A DNA stretch of 64,000 nucleotides from a virus. The translations under genes and the position numbers were made by a program. This document shows, one piece after another, positions 49,403 through 59,229 of this stretch (positions are counted from its first letter, which is position 1; each line of letters starts with the position of its first letter). Under the pieces are notes generated by a model. The model had not been told where the DNA came from. It made no database searches and saw only the letters and a program-made list of their open reading frames with translations. The DNA is taken from IMG/VR virus record IMGVR_UViG_3300025314_000001, positions 32,001 to 96,000 of that record; one strand, written 5' to 3'.

Positions 49403-50080
49403 TCATCGGAGTCCCCTACGAAGAATTGAAAGGTTTGCTGTTCGGTGTACTGCTCGCAGAACTGCTTTCTCTGTATGAAACAGTTTCCAGTCGTCGCGCA
49501 GTTGCGCATCCATGATTACGGTACGAGTGGACCCGTCGTGCGTGTCTGACACCAACACATCGTCTAGTCCAATCTCTTGCGCGATCAGGAATGCTGTAAT
49601 CAGATCCATAAATGGAACCGCGTGATCAATGTGCGCCTCGACTGATCGGATCTCGATACCCGTAATCGGGCACTGCACTGGTCCGTTGGCAAATACTACC
49701 GACCTAAAGGCGGTAACTTGCGCTTGGATAGCCTCCCGAAACGCCGCTAACGCATCATCATGATGCGTTCTTGGACGCAGACACGACAGGTAGGAGAAGT
49801 CGGTCCTCGACCCGTCTACTCGTGTGACCCAAAAACCAACGGTGCCATGTTGGTTGTTCTCGATCTGGACGGAATCTACCCCGCACCCGATCTTCTGTTC
49901 TGCCTGTGGATGCAGCTGCAGAAGCTCTACGATGATATTTTGGTCATCGGCCCCCAATGACTCCGTGGGCCGGTACGCATAGAGAATTCTACGGATGAAC
50001 TCGCGCGCTTGCGATTTGGTTCCAAAGACATAGGTGCCGAGTTTGATCCCGCGTAGTGTGCTTCTTTTTGAATTTTTCAC
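49403..50080 (-). CDS. DUF3223 (DCL-like) protein
   Basis: LLQLHPQAEQKIGCGV...FWVTRVDGSRTDFSYLSCL. Confidence 0.8.
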   Translation of the reverse strand: MKNSKRSTLRGIKLGTYVFGTKSQAREFIRRILYAYRPTESLGADDQNIIVELLQLHPQAEQKIGCGVDSVQIENNQHGTVGFWVTRVDGSRTDFSYLSCLRPRTHHDDALAAFREAIQAQVTAFRSVVFANGPVQCPITGIEIRSVEAHIDHAVPFMDLITAFLIAQEIGLDDVLVSDTHDGSTRTVIMDAQLRDDWKLFHTEKAVLRAVHRTANLSILRRGLR

Positions 50081-50848
50081 GCCGCCTTCTCCGACCCTGG
50101 AAGAACCGTTGCTAGCTGGTCCCGAAGCCACCGGAGGAACTGAGCTGGGGTGTCCGCGTTCTTCCACGCCCGGTCGACCTCGAGCAGTACGGAGGCGCGC
50201 TCGGCGACCAGGATCTTGTGCCTGGCGTCAAGCTGCTGGGGGCCCTTGGGAGCGCTGGGGTTCCCGCCTTTCTGGCGAATGCGCTCCTTGACCACGCAGA
50301 GCTCGCACTTGGCCATGCCGGGCATCAGGGTCCGACCGTCGTAGGGACAGAGGCCTTGGCGTCTGTACTGGGCTCGGCGCTCACGCTGCCTGGACCTCTG
50401 CCGGAGCCTCTCGGCTTTGGCGACGGCTGCCGCGGCGTGGTCGGCGCGAACGTAGAAGACCAGGACGCCGTCGGGCAGTGCCCGGTCAAGCTCCAGGCAC
50501 GAATCAAGCGTGCCGTCTGGTTTGAATTCGACGCGGAAGGTCTTCATGGTGCGTCCCTTTTCGGTTCTCGGGACCAATCATCGAAGTTCCGCTCGCATTC
50601 TTCACGTTCCAAAACCACGTCAGCTAGTTCCTTCGTTAATTCATCCACCCGAGCTCGCGCTGAGCGTAAGCTACCAGCTGCCATCCTGAGCGTCGCTTCA
50701 TGCTCGGTGCGCAGCTTCTCCCATGCTTCACCCTCAAGGGCAAAGTGGGTGTTGTTGAAAATCGTTACCCCATCGGCATCCTTGTTTGGCCAGGATGGCT
50801 CTGGACATTCGACTGCAACAGGTTTGGTGCCTTCAACGCGGAACATGA

Positions 50849-51520
50849 TCATGGTTCGGTGTCTCCGGTCCAAATCTCAAGCAGCACCCCGCCGGCCACT
50901 TCCTTCGGGGCCGGCTCCCACCAGGTGGCCCGGTTGAGGAGGGTGCCCTTGTCCTCTTTGATGAGGCCGATCCCCGAGATGTGAGTGATCTTGCCTGTTT
51001 TGCGGTTGCGCCGCTCCCGAGAAGGCTGGCAGATATCGAGCGCCTGCTTCTCGAAGCCGCAGTTCGGGTCACGCTCGCGTTGGCTGAAGCAGACGCAGCG
51101 GGCCGCCGGGAACCCGGGGAGTGTCTCGTAGGGGCGCACGTCCTGGTGGGACATCTGCGTCCACATCATGGAAAACAGCTGCTCCTTGATTTGCCCGTAA
51201 CGCCACGGAGGCATCCTCCGGACCATGTTGACCGTCGGGCAGAGCTCGAGCGGGAGCGCAAAGCGCACGACTATCCTGCCCGGCATACGGTCGCGGGCCG
51301 GCTGGTAGAGGCGCGCGTAGATACCGACCAGCGGATGCCAGAGCTGCTTATCCATCCATGCCAGTGTGTCGAGCCAGGCTCGCGATTCGGCGCGAGGATC
51401 GAATGGTGGTGGCCTCTTGCGCTTCGAGGCTGGGGTCCCGTCGGATGCGAAGAGCTCACGCTGCGGCGCTCCCGAACGCGCAAGATAGTCCTCTCGGCTG
51501 ATGCTGTTGGCGGGCTTCAT
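50849..51520 (-). CDS. RusA-like Holliday junction resolvase
   Basis: PTVN, RDPN...KQALD, GLIKED. Confidence 0.5.
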   Translation of the reverse strand: MKPANSISREDYLARSGAPQRELFASDGTPASKRKRPPPFDPRAESRAWLDTLAWMDKQLWHPLVGIYARLYQPARDRMPGRIVVRFALPLELCPTVNMVRRMPPWRYGQIKEQLFSMMWTQMSHQDVRPYETLPGFPAARCVCFSQRERDPNCGFEKQALDICQPSRERRNRKTGKITHISGIGLIKEDKGTLLNRATWWEPAPKEVAGGVLLEIWTGDTEP

Positions 51521-53265
51521 GCTGCCTCCCGTTTTGCAAGGTACGCCGCGGCCAGGCGCTTGATATGGTCTCCGGACACGTCGAGCTTTTCGACGAGGCC
51601 ACCGTTCGGGTCGCGTACCCCTTCGATCTGGCCGCGTTTCACTCCCAGAACGTCGGCTACGATGGGGTCGCTACCGCTTTCGGTCAGCAGGTAGTAGGCC
51701 AGCACCGGGTCTTTCTGTCCATCTCGCCACCTACGCGCCGTGCACTGCTCATGCACGCCGTAGCTCCAGTCGAGCTCGCCGAAGACGACGACCCGGCCGT
51801 TGTCCTGGAGACCGTCTATTCCAGCACCGGAGCGCAGGCTCATGATGAGCACCTTGGTCTCCCCGGACAGAAACCGGCGCTTTGACTCTTCCTTCTGCGT
51901 CTCGCTTTCGCTTCCGGTGTACATGGCCGGATTCAGGTCTGCGAGTCGCTCGCGAACGATCGCGTAAAACTCACGGTGCCACCCGAAGAGCACAACGTTT
52001 TCGCCGGTTTCCACGATCATCTGGACGAAGTCCGCGACGTAGGGAGCTTTGGCTACCCCGGTCGCTTGCCTGACCAGGTTGCTGAGCTCTTCCGAAGCCT
52101 TCCATTTGTCCCCACGCACCTCTTCGTTGTGGGCAAGAATAACGCGCGCCAGGGACATCGCGGATGATTCCACGCGGCTGATGGCGCCTTCGTCGCAGTC
52201 GATGGTGTGCGGGATCTTCACTAGATCTGGAAGCTCGCGCCCAACGTCGGCCTTCGTCCTGCGAATCATCAGGCAGCAGTCGCGGATGTACGAACCGAAT
52301 GCCTTTGGGTCCTTGATCTTCGCCTTGTCGCCATCCCATCCCGAGCACCACTCGGTCATGAATTCGCTTTTCGACCCCAGTGCCCCCGGGCGGATAACCT
52401 CGAGCACAGGATGGAATTCCGACCCGTAGTTGTAAATGGGTGTGCCGGTGATGCCGACGCGAAAATCCACCGCTCGGGCGAGCTGTGTGGCCGCGACGCC
52501 TTTTTTGGACTTCTCGCCGCGCCGGACCTCCTGTGCCTCGTCCCACACAACGGCTTTGGTGAACTTGCACAGGGTGTCGGCCCACCCGGCGAGCTTGTGG
52601 TAGGTCATGATCAGAACGTTGGGGGTCGTCATTGAGGCATCGTCCAGCAATGCAATCTGCCCGGCCCGGGCACGCCGGGAACCCAATCGCACATCGTAAG
52701 GCTCCGACTTCTGGACGATGTGCGTGGTGATGTGGGGAGCAAATTTCTTGAACTCGTCTCTCCACTGCCGCTGAAGGTGAGGGAGCGTCACCACCACAGC
52801 AGGCCGCGTCCGTGCGTCTGAGAGCACACAAATCGCCTCGCAAGTCTTCCCGAGGCCCATATCATCCGCGATCAGCAGGCCGCGAGTAGCCAGCGCGAGT
52901 TCGGCGGCGACCCGCTGATATTCGCGAGCCGGAAGCGCCAGTTCGAAGTCTCTGGGTTCCCGTTGCCCAGCCATCAATTGGGAAACCAGAGTCTCGGTTT
53001 CCTTATGCTCGTGGGCCCGTCCGCAAAGCCGCTCTCGGTCTTCGTCCCTGACGAACGACAGCGGGTAACGCTCCATGAACCACTCGAGCTCACGGCAGAG
53101 CTCAACCGTGTCGGTCAGTCTTACCGTGCCCTTGTTGGATTTCGCGATCCTAGGGAAGAGTCGCTTGAGCCGAACTACAACATGCGGCTCGACGTCTAGC
53201 GCCCACTTCCCACGGTCATGCTTGATGGTTCCGAACGTCTTCACAATAGGCTCCCCAAGAGGCAA
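51517..53265 (-). CDS. SNF2-family helicase
   Basis: LIADDMGLGKT, WDEAQ, TGTPIYN, MIRRTK, GIDGLQ. Confidence 0.92.
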   Translation of the reverse strand: MPLGEPIVKTFGTIKHDRGKWALDVEPHVVVRLKRLFPRIAKSNKGTVRLTDTVELCRELEWFMERYPLSFVRDEDRERLCGRAHEHKETETLVSQLMAGQREPRDFELALPAREYQRVAAELALATRGLLIADDMGLGKTCEAICVLSDARTRPAVVVTLPHLQRQWRDEFKKFAPHITTHIVQKSEPYDVRLGSRRARAGQIALLDDASMTTPNVLIMTYHKLAGWADTLCKFTKAVVWDEAQEVRRGEKSKKGVAATQLARAVDFRVGITGTPIYNYGSEFHPVLEVIRPGALGSKSEFMTEWCSGWDGDKAKIKDPKAFGSYIRDCCLMIRRTKADVGRELPDLVKIPHTIDCDEGAISRVESSAMSLARVILAHNEEVRGDKWKASEELSNLVRQATGVAKAPYVADFVQMIVETGENVVLFGWHREFYAIVRERLADLNPAMYTGSESETQKEESKRRFLSGETKVLIMSLRSGAGIDGLQDNGRVVVFGELDWSYGVHEQCTARRWRDGQKDPVLAYYLLTESGSDPIVADVLGVKRGQIEGVRDPNGGLVEKLDVSGDHIKRLAAAYLAKREAA

Positions 53266-53594
53266 CAGGTCACAACAGACTTACCGAGAATCATCTCAGG
53301 TAGATGCCCAAGACGGACCCGTGAGGAAACGAGCACCAGTGCATCCAGCTTTGCCGATTCAGCGTAGCGGTACAACTGGCGGGCTAGGGCCGAGAATGAA
53401 CCACCGATCTTCACCTCGACCCCGATACGGCCAACCATGAAATCGATCCGATCGCGCTGAGACAGCCGTACCTCGCGCACGAATGGGACGCCCGAGTTAT
53501 GTAACGCTTGAGCGATCCCATCCTGCAGAACGCGCTCGGTGCTAGTATCAAAACGATACGAACCGAGCAGAAGCACGAGGTCGGCTGGTGACAT
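53241..53594 (-). CDS. PD-(D/E)XK nuclease-like protein
   Basis: REVRL...RIDF...GVEVK...QLYRY. Confidence 0.7.
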   Translation of the reverse strand: MSPADLVLLLGSYRFDTSTERVLQDGIAQALHNSGVPFVREVRLSQRDRIDFMVGRIGVEVKIGGSFSALARQLYRYAESAKLDALVLVSSRVRLGHLPEMILGKSVVTCCLLGSLL

Positions 53595-54490
53595 CAGCTC
53601 TCCGGTGATCCCCGGTACAGCGGAAGCCCAGTGGTTCCTGCCGCGAGTGAGCAAACCTTGTCGAAGGCTTCTTTGAGGGCCAGGTCTGGCCGGTAGAGCT
53701 CGACCTTCCAGGTGATCGTCCCGTTCTTGACCTGGTAGCGGAGCCGCGCCGGAATGTGGTGCACCGCGCCGTCCCGGAAGACCTCGATCGAAAGCAGGAA
53801 GAGACCGGGTACCTTGAGCTTTTCGCCGGTGGCCGCGTCCTTGTGCTCTTCGGAGTAGGACAGCACCGCTTCACCGGAAGACCGGTTGACTTCGCGCCCT
53901 ACCTTCATCTCGACGGTCAGCGCCATCTTGGCGCTCAACTCGAGCAGCTTGTTCGGGAGTGCATACTCCTTGTGGAGTTTGATCCCGATCTCGACGGCTT
54001 CCGCGTACTCTGGATTGCCTGTGTCGACTACCCCGATGTCCATGATCCGGTCTTCGAGAAACTCGGCCATCTCCTCCTGAGTGTGAACCTCGCACGCAAA
54101 GGCGTTCCATCCTTCCCAGGATTCGGACTTCGGGCATTCGTAATTCGCCCGGTGTTTTCCGAAGGCCGGCGTCGACTGATTGGAGTGGTAATCGAAGACG
54201 GTGGTGAGTGTGCAGTTAGCGTCGTTGGCGAATATAGATGACTCCTCAATCTTGAACCGATTCGTATGCGCGATAAACGACTCGAGGTCGGTCAGTACCG
54301 CGATGCCCACGATACGCTCCGGCCGGTCCAGATACTCGTCGAGAAACGGTTTGATTGACCGGATCTCTTTTCCCTTCGGCAAGAGCATCACGGTAGCTTT
54401 TCTTCCGTCGCGCTCGACGTATAGCGTCTCGCTAGTCGACAAGCTTTGGGTAAGCTCAGCAACACTCTGAGCAACGTTCTCTTTCGTCAC
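53594..54490 (-). CDS. DUF2303 (YfdQ-like) protein
   Basis: PERIVG...SFIAH, VFDYH, HRA, QEEMAEFLED, ARLRY. Confidence 0.85.
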   Translation of the reverse strand: MTKENVAQSVAELTQSLSTSETLYVERDGRKATVMLLPKGKEIRSIKPFLDEYLDRPERIVGIAVLTDLESFIAHTNRFKIEESSIFANDANCTLTTVFDYHSNQSTPAFGKHRANYECPKSESWEGWNAFACEVHTQEEMAEFLEDRIMDIGVVDTGNPEYAEAVEIGIKLHKEYALPNKLLELSAKMALTVEMKVGREVNRSSGEAVLSYSEEHKDAATGEKLKVPGLFLLSIEVFRDGAVHHIPARLRYQVKNGTITWKVELYRPDLALKEAFDKVCSLAAGTTGLPLYRGSPES

Positions 54491-54855
54491 GATGGCATCC
54501 TCTTTCCTTTGCCGAAGGCCTCGGCATCATCCTGTTCGAATTGCAGTTTGGTTTGCGTGAAGGGAGACTTAGCTAGCTCTCCCTTCTTGTTGACGAAAAA
54601 GGCCGATGTGTCGCGTTCTGGTTGCGGAGCCTTCGTGTCCACCTTCCCGAGGCCGACGTAGCACTTGCCGCTGTTGATGACCTCGAAGTTGAGGGCGACG
54701 GTGATGGTACCCTTGGCTTTCGCAGAGGCTTGGGCCTCGTTCCAAAGCTTCTGGAGTAGCTCAGATACGCGCTCGGTGAGCTCGTCGTCTGCGGCGCCAT
54801 CCTGGAGCTCGCTGATGAATTGGGAGAAGCTGGGTATTGTGGTCTGGTCAGCCAT
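54487..54855 (-). CDS. DUF2303 partner protein
   Basis: KGTITVAL, FFVNKKGEL..PFTQ; directly upstream of DUF2303. Confidence 0.65.
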   Translation of the reverse strand: MADQTTIPSFSQFISELQDGAADDELTERVSELLQKLWNEAQASAKAKGTITVALNFEVINSGKCYVGLGKVDTKAPQPERDTSAFFVNKKGELAKSPFTQTKLQFEQDDAEAFGKGKRMPS

Positions 54856-55106
54856 ACTGGTCCTTCTGCGCCCCGGCGGCGCGCTCTGTGAATCGTTTCG
54901 CTTCCTGCATCGCCTCGTGCATCGTCCTGCATGAGGCGAAGAACGTGAGCCCGTTGTTCTGGTTCGCTACTACGCGCGGTAGGAGCTTCGGGTGAGACTC
55001 AGCGGTCCAGAACCCAGCTGCCTCCTCTACAACGCCATACTCCGGATGGACGTAGTGACTCGGCCCGGTGCTGACCCAGCCTACCTTCGACCAAAGAGGG
55101 GCACGG

Positions 55107-55490
55107 TTAGGCATTGGCTAACCTCAAAAGGATTGCAGCGTGGCACAGATCAGGCTGTCCCTGCTCGGGCAGCGCGCACCAGCAAGCCAGGTTGAAGCCT
55201 TTGAGCTCACGGTAGATGTCTTCTGTGGTGAACCGAAGCATCCTTCCGTTTAGAAGGTCTTCTGTGAAGATTTCAATTGCGCGTTGTGTAGCTAGTTGGC
55301 GCATTGGGTAAGTAGCAAGCACCATGCACGCTACGGAATCGAGCACGTGCCATGTGCCTTTTGCACCCATCACCTTGTATGGGTTTCCCCACTTGGTGGT
55401 TCGGTCAACGCAACGAATTGGAAGACCGTTGGGGCTGACGAGTCGCGTCCCTTTCGCCCGGGAGCGCTGCAGGCGGACTAGGCTAGCCAT
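55107..55490 (-). CDS. DUF4326 protein
   Basis: VDRTTKWGNPY, ELKGFNLACWC, CHAAILL. Confidence 0.88.
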   Translation of the reverse strand: MASLVRLQRSRAKGTRLVSPNGLPIRCVDRTTKWGNPYKVMGAKGTWHVLDSVACMVLATYPMRQLATQRAIEIFTEDLLNGRMLRFTTEDIYRELKGFNLACWCALPEQGQPDLCHAAILLRLANA

Positions 55491-55667
55491 TTACCGACAG
55501 GTCCATAAGCTTCAACATGTGGCGGACGTCACACTCGATGAGCTTCAGGATCGAGTGCACAATCTTCAGCAACTCGATGTCCTGGGTGTCCTTGGATTTC
55601 TCAAGGAGAGTAGCCGCTACTCTGAGTTGTGCGGGTGGCGACAACCCGTCTATTTGTGATGCAATTT

Positions 55668-56243
55668 TCAGCGCTTCGCGTCGGTCAACCATTTGACACC
55701 TTTCTTACCGAGCTCGTCCCCAAACTGCGTCCAACCTTCCCTTTGGGTCCGTGCGTATAGCTCAAGCCTCGGCCCCGGGCAGAGCCGCTCGACCTTCTCC
55801 ATGAACTCTTCGGGCTTCTCGGAGTGCCCGATGCGCGGAGCAAACACCACGCTGTCTTCGCTCGCGGACAACCGGAGCGACGCCGCCCCCTTCCCGCGCA
55901 CGCACACTAGGCACGTTTCGTGGGCGTTGCGGCAGTAGTGGCCCATGCCGATCTGGATCCGTTGCCGTTTGGGGTCTTTGGTCTTGATCCAAACGACGTC
56001 GGCTTTGACGATGAACCCGAGCGCCTTCACGAGCTCAAAGGCCTCTTCCTGCATCGCCGCCACGCGCCAAAGGAATAGCCAAGCGGTGGGAGCCACGAGC
56101 TCAGCAAAAACCTTCTGGTGGTAGTCGATGATCTTCTGGATGGGGCTGACCCTGTAGTGCTTTTTTGCCCCCCTGCCGCCTCCAGGGAGCTTGTCCCGGA
56201 ACTGCCATCCCGGGTCACTCACGACGCACCGGTGAAGATTCAT
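55668..56243 (-). CDS. MT-A70 family adenine methyltransferase
   Basis: SDPGW, LFLW, GMGHYCRNAHE, HSEKP, LELYAR..REGW. Confidence 0.9.
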   Translation of the reverse strand: MNLHRCVVSDPGWQFRDKLPGGGRGAKKHYRVSPIQKIIDYHQKVFAELVAPTAWLFLWRVAAMQEEAFELVKALGFIVKADVVWIKTKDPKRQRIQIGMGHYCRNAHETCLVCVRGKGAASLRLSASEDSVVFAPRIGHSEKPEEFMEKVERLCPGPRLELYARTQREGWTQFGDELGKKGVKWLTDAKR

Positions 56244-56767
56244 GGCACAACCACCCGGTCAAAACATCGCTCGGGCGCCACTGGCTTCGGCTCGGGTATC
56301 CGAGGCCGGCCGCACATCGGGCATCCCGGTTGAGGGCGCGCGTGCGGCAGGTTGCAGCAGAGCTTGCAAACCGGGACGCGACGACGCGGAGGCTCGTAAG
56401 AGGCGCGGGATACCGGAACCCTCGATAGGCCACCCGTTGCTCCCTTCATCTCCACTCGTCTATCGACCTGGAGATTTCGAACCCGCTCCCGCTGGTGCTC
56501 TGCTGAGGTCGGAGGCACGAAGGGCTCGTCGGGCGAGAAGATCCGGTAGGATGACTTGGGGACACGGTAGAACCCAAGTCCCTTGAAGAGCGCTGGACGG
56601 CCGGTTTTTGCCGCGCTGCTCCGCGCTCGTGAGTTGAGTCGCGCGTAGACGCTTTCGCGGGTGTCCTCGGCGGACTCGAGCTTCACCGATAGCTCGGAGA
56701 TCATCACGCCGTGCGGGTGCCCCTTGAGCTCGGCTCGGACCCTGTCCCAAAAGTCTTCGTAGTTCAT
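56240..56767 (-). CDS. wHTH-like plus zinc-ribbon protein
   Basis: Likely start ATG 56767; C-terminal RRRVPVCKLCCNLPHARP. Confidence 0.65.
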   Translation of the reverse strand: MNYEDFWDRVRAELKGHPHGVMISELSVKLESAEDTRESVYARLNSRARSSAAKTGRPALFKGLGFYRVPKSSYRIFSPDEPFVPPTSAEHQRERVRNLQVDRRVEMKGATGGLSRVPVSRASYEPPRRRVPVCKLCCNLPHARPQPGCPMCGRPRIPEPKPVAPERCFDRVVVP

Positions 56768-57066
56768 GCGCGACGCTTCCTCTTCTCGCGCCGCGACACC
56801 GGCGGCTCTGGTGGTGGTGGGTGAAACGGATCGGCTAGTAGGTAGACGAAGATCGGAGCTCGAAACCGTGCCTGGTAGAACCCCAGGCCGTGGGTGTCTC
56901 GGCAGTCCGCTCGCGACCACATGTGGAGGCGGGACTGAATTGCATCAGCCGGTTCACGCTCGGTTGCAAGACGACACATCAGCTCGCTGAGCTGCATCCC
57001 TTGGCGCTGGCCCGACAGAATCGATTGGACGCGGTCGACGAACACCGACAGAGCTTCTGGCGTCAC
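56764..57066 (-). CDS. wHTH-like paralog of the N-terminus of 56240-56767
   Basis: FVDRV...G...SEL...RL...GLGFY shared; GTG start overlapping the upstream stop. Confidence 0.6.
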   Translation of the reverse strand: MTPEALSVFVDRVQSILSGQRQGMQLSELMCRLATEREPADAIQSRLHMWSRADCRDTHGLGFYQARFRAPIFVYLLADPFHPPPPEPPVSRREKRKRRA

Positions 57067-58125
57067 CCCCCACCCTTCCTTTCCGCATCTTCGGAGCAGC
57101 TCACGAGCCCGAGCCCGATGCTCTTCGCCTGGTCGGGAGTGAGCCAGAACTCGGATTCCTCGACCACTAGGTGACCGTCCCGCATGTTCTGCGACGAGAT
57201 GATGAACAGCACGGCGCCGGGTGATGACTGGATGACGATCCCGGTACCCGGAAAGTCTAGAATGCCATCTTCGGAGGCACGGGTCGCACGCCGAGCAGAA
57301 AGGTCGATCACGGGCATGATAGGGATTCCTCAACGCTCATGTTTCGTGGTGTAACTACTCCGACGTGTGCCGCTGGGACATACGCGATAGAACGCGCGCC
57401 TATCTTGCGTCCGCTGTAGGCTTCATACGCTTCATCCAGCACCACGAGTTGAACTCCAAAGTACGAACCAAAATCTCGGGCCGGAGCTAGCGCGACCGCT
57501 CGGAACCTGTAGCCCGGGCTCGGCTCGTACCAGACGAGCGAGCCTTCATGGATCCATGAGTAGTCGGCCATCACTTTGCCCCTTGACGTTGGGCTGTCGC
57601 TCTAGTCATAGCGCGGCGTTTAGCGCGCTCGGCGAAGGTTTTTGCGCGATCCAAAATGTCCTGCGCCAGCTCTGGGTATTCTGCCTGGCAGGCCTCGGCG
57701 TAAGCTCGCATGGCCGGGATCGCGAACGGGTCGTGGTTCCAGTCGAGCACGAAGTATTCGCAGTCTGCGTGCTTCCCTCCCGGTCGGCTGCTGCCGTCGG
57801 TTCGACGCACCCAAAACTTATGATAGATCCCGACGTGTTCCTCCTCGGGATTACCGAGGAGCGGATCATGAATCGCTCCGCGGCACCCGCAGCACACACG
57901 CCTGAACCCGTCACCTCCGCAGGCTTTGCATTCCCTCAGCATGGTTTCCGTCCTCTCGTAATTCTGCTCCTGACCCATCGCCATGCCGTTGGGATCCACG
58001 GCAGAGACAGCAACGCCCACATCGGAAGATCGTGCCAGAAAGAGCCGCAGGCGTGCATCACGGCGTGCACCTCGCGGTGACTGGTAGAACGGCGCGGTAC
58101 CTCGGCACCAGGACACGATCGACCA

Positions 58126-58650
58126 TCATGGGCTATGATCCTTGCGGTCCCTGACTCGTCGCCAATCGCACGTCGGGCAATCCTCCTTCAGACAGGGAGG
58201 ATTCGGACAAGACACTGGAACCAGGCGCATGGTTCCCGGTGGCCACTCACCTCGACGGAATGACCTCGATTCCCATTCGTTCAAACAACGAATCTCCCAA
58301 CGGTCTTCGACCGTTCTGTTCTCCACCGACTCCAGCATCCCGGCCGTCCAGGACAGGTCGACGTAATACGCGGCCAGCTTGGCCAGCTTCAGCATCCCGG
58401 CCGTCCAGGACAGGTCGACGTAATACGCGGTCAGCTTGGCCAGCTTGCGAACCTCTGCCACCGCCGCTATCCCGCGGGCTCGGTGCAACTCGTCTTCCGG
58501 GTATGCGGTCGTGTAGAGACCGTGCGAAGCGAACGGGGACTCTCCGCGGTCTAGGCTGTCTTTGATGCACCACGCGAGATAGCGCGCGTTCCGCGCACGC
58601 TCTTCTGGCGTTCCGTTGAACGGGGACTCGATGACGACCAAATCGGTCAC
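58126..58650 (-). CDS. Conserved phage protein, nucleoside deoxyribosyltransferase-like fold
   Basis: LVVIESPF.G, DSLDRGESPFASHGLYT. Confidence 0.65.
   Translation of the reverse strand: MTDLVVIESPFNGTPEERARNARYLAWCIKDSLDRGESPFASHGLYTTAYPEDELHRARGIAAVAEVRKLAKLTAYYVDLSWTAGMLKLAKLAAYYVDLSWTAGMLESVENRTVEDRWEIRCLNEWESRSFRRGEWPPGTMRLVPVSCPNPPCLKEDCPTCDWRRVRDRKDHSP
58333..58446. repeat. 57-bp in-frame tandem duplication
   Basis: 58333-58389 and 58390-58446, one mismatch. Confidence 0.9.
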
Positions 58651-59033
58651 GTCGCCCTCCACAGGAATATGCAGTCCACGACCTCAACCAGACCGCTCCG
58701 CTCCGGGTTCGGGTCGTGCCAGAGCTTGTCGTATTGGTAGACGCAGCAGTGAAGCGCCTGCTCCCCGTTCTTCCGCGGCGGGCAGAGTCCACTAGCGATC
58801 CAGAACACGTCTTGTCGTAGGTGCAGCCTGGCCCAATCGATACCGACGAGTAGGTAGGCAGAGCGCCACCCGCGATTCCCGCACCACTCGACGAACCTCT
58901 CAAACCAGGGCTCCCCGTAGATGACGCAGAAGTTCGGAATCTCCGAAACCGGTATCTCCAAGAAGCAAGCCACGCACGCGGCGAAGCAGTTGCCCTGACC
59001 CACGCCGAACAAGGTTTGGTCGACCCGGATCAT
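58647..59033 (-). CDS. Papain-like (Q...C...H...D) phage protein
   Basis: DQT...GNCFAACVA...HCCV...HDP. Confidence 0.55.
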   Translation of the reverse strand: MIRVDQTLFGVGQGNCFAACVACFLEIPVSEIPNFCVIYGEPWFERFVEWCGNRGWRSAYLLVGIDWARLHLRQDVFWIASGLCPPRKNGEQALHCCVYQYDKLWHDPNPERSGLVEVVDCIFLWRAT

Positions 59034-59197
59034 GCGACGGCCCTCCTCTCGCTGGAGGAGGAACGCAGGTTCCATCGCTCTACTGGTAGTGGGTCGGATT
59101 CTGGGTCGCCCGACCCACTATCGCGAGATCCGGTGCCCTGGAGTGCCCTCCTGTGCCTCTTGCGCCTGCGGTTTTTGTGCTGTCTAGCTGCTCGCTC

Positions 59198-59224
59198 CGA
59201 GGTTCGAGTCCTCGCGCTGGAGCC
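59198..59224 (+). other. attP core candidate matching a tRNA-Asn-like 3' end
   Basis: CGAGG-TTCGAGT-CCTCG-CGCTGGA-G-CC, 5 nt from the integrase stop. Confidence 0.7.
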
Positions 59225-59229
59225 CTCAA

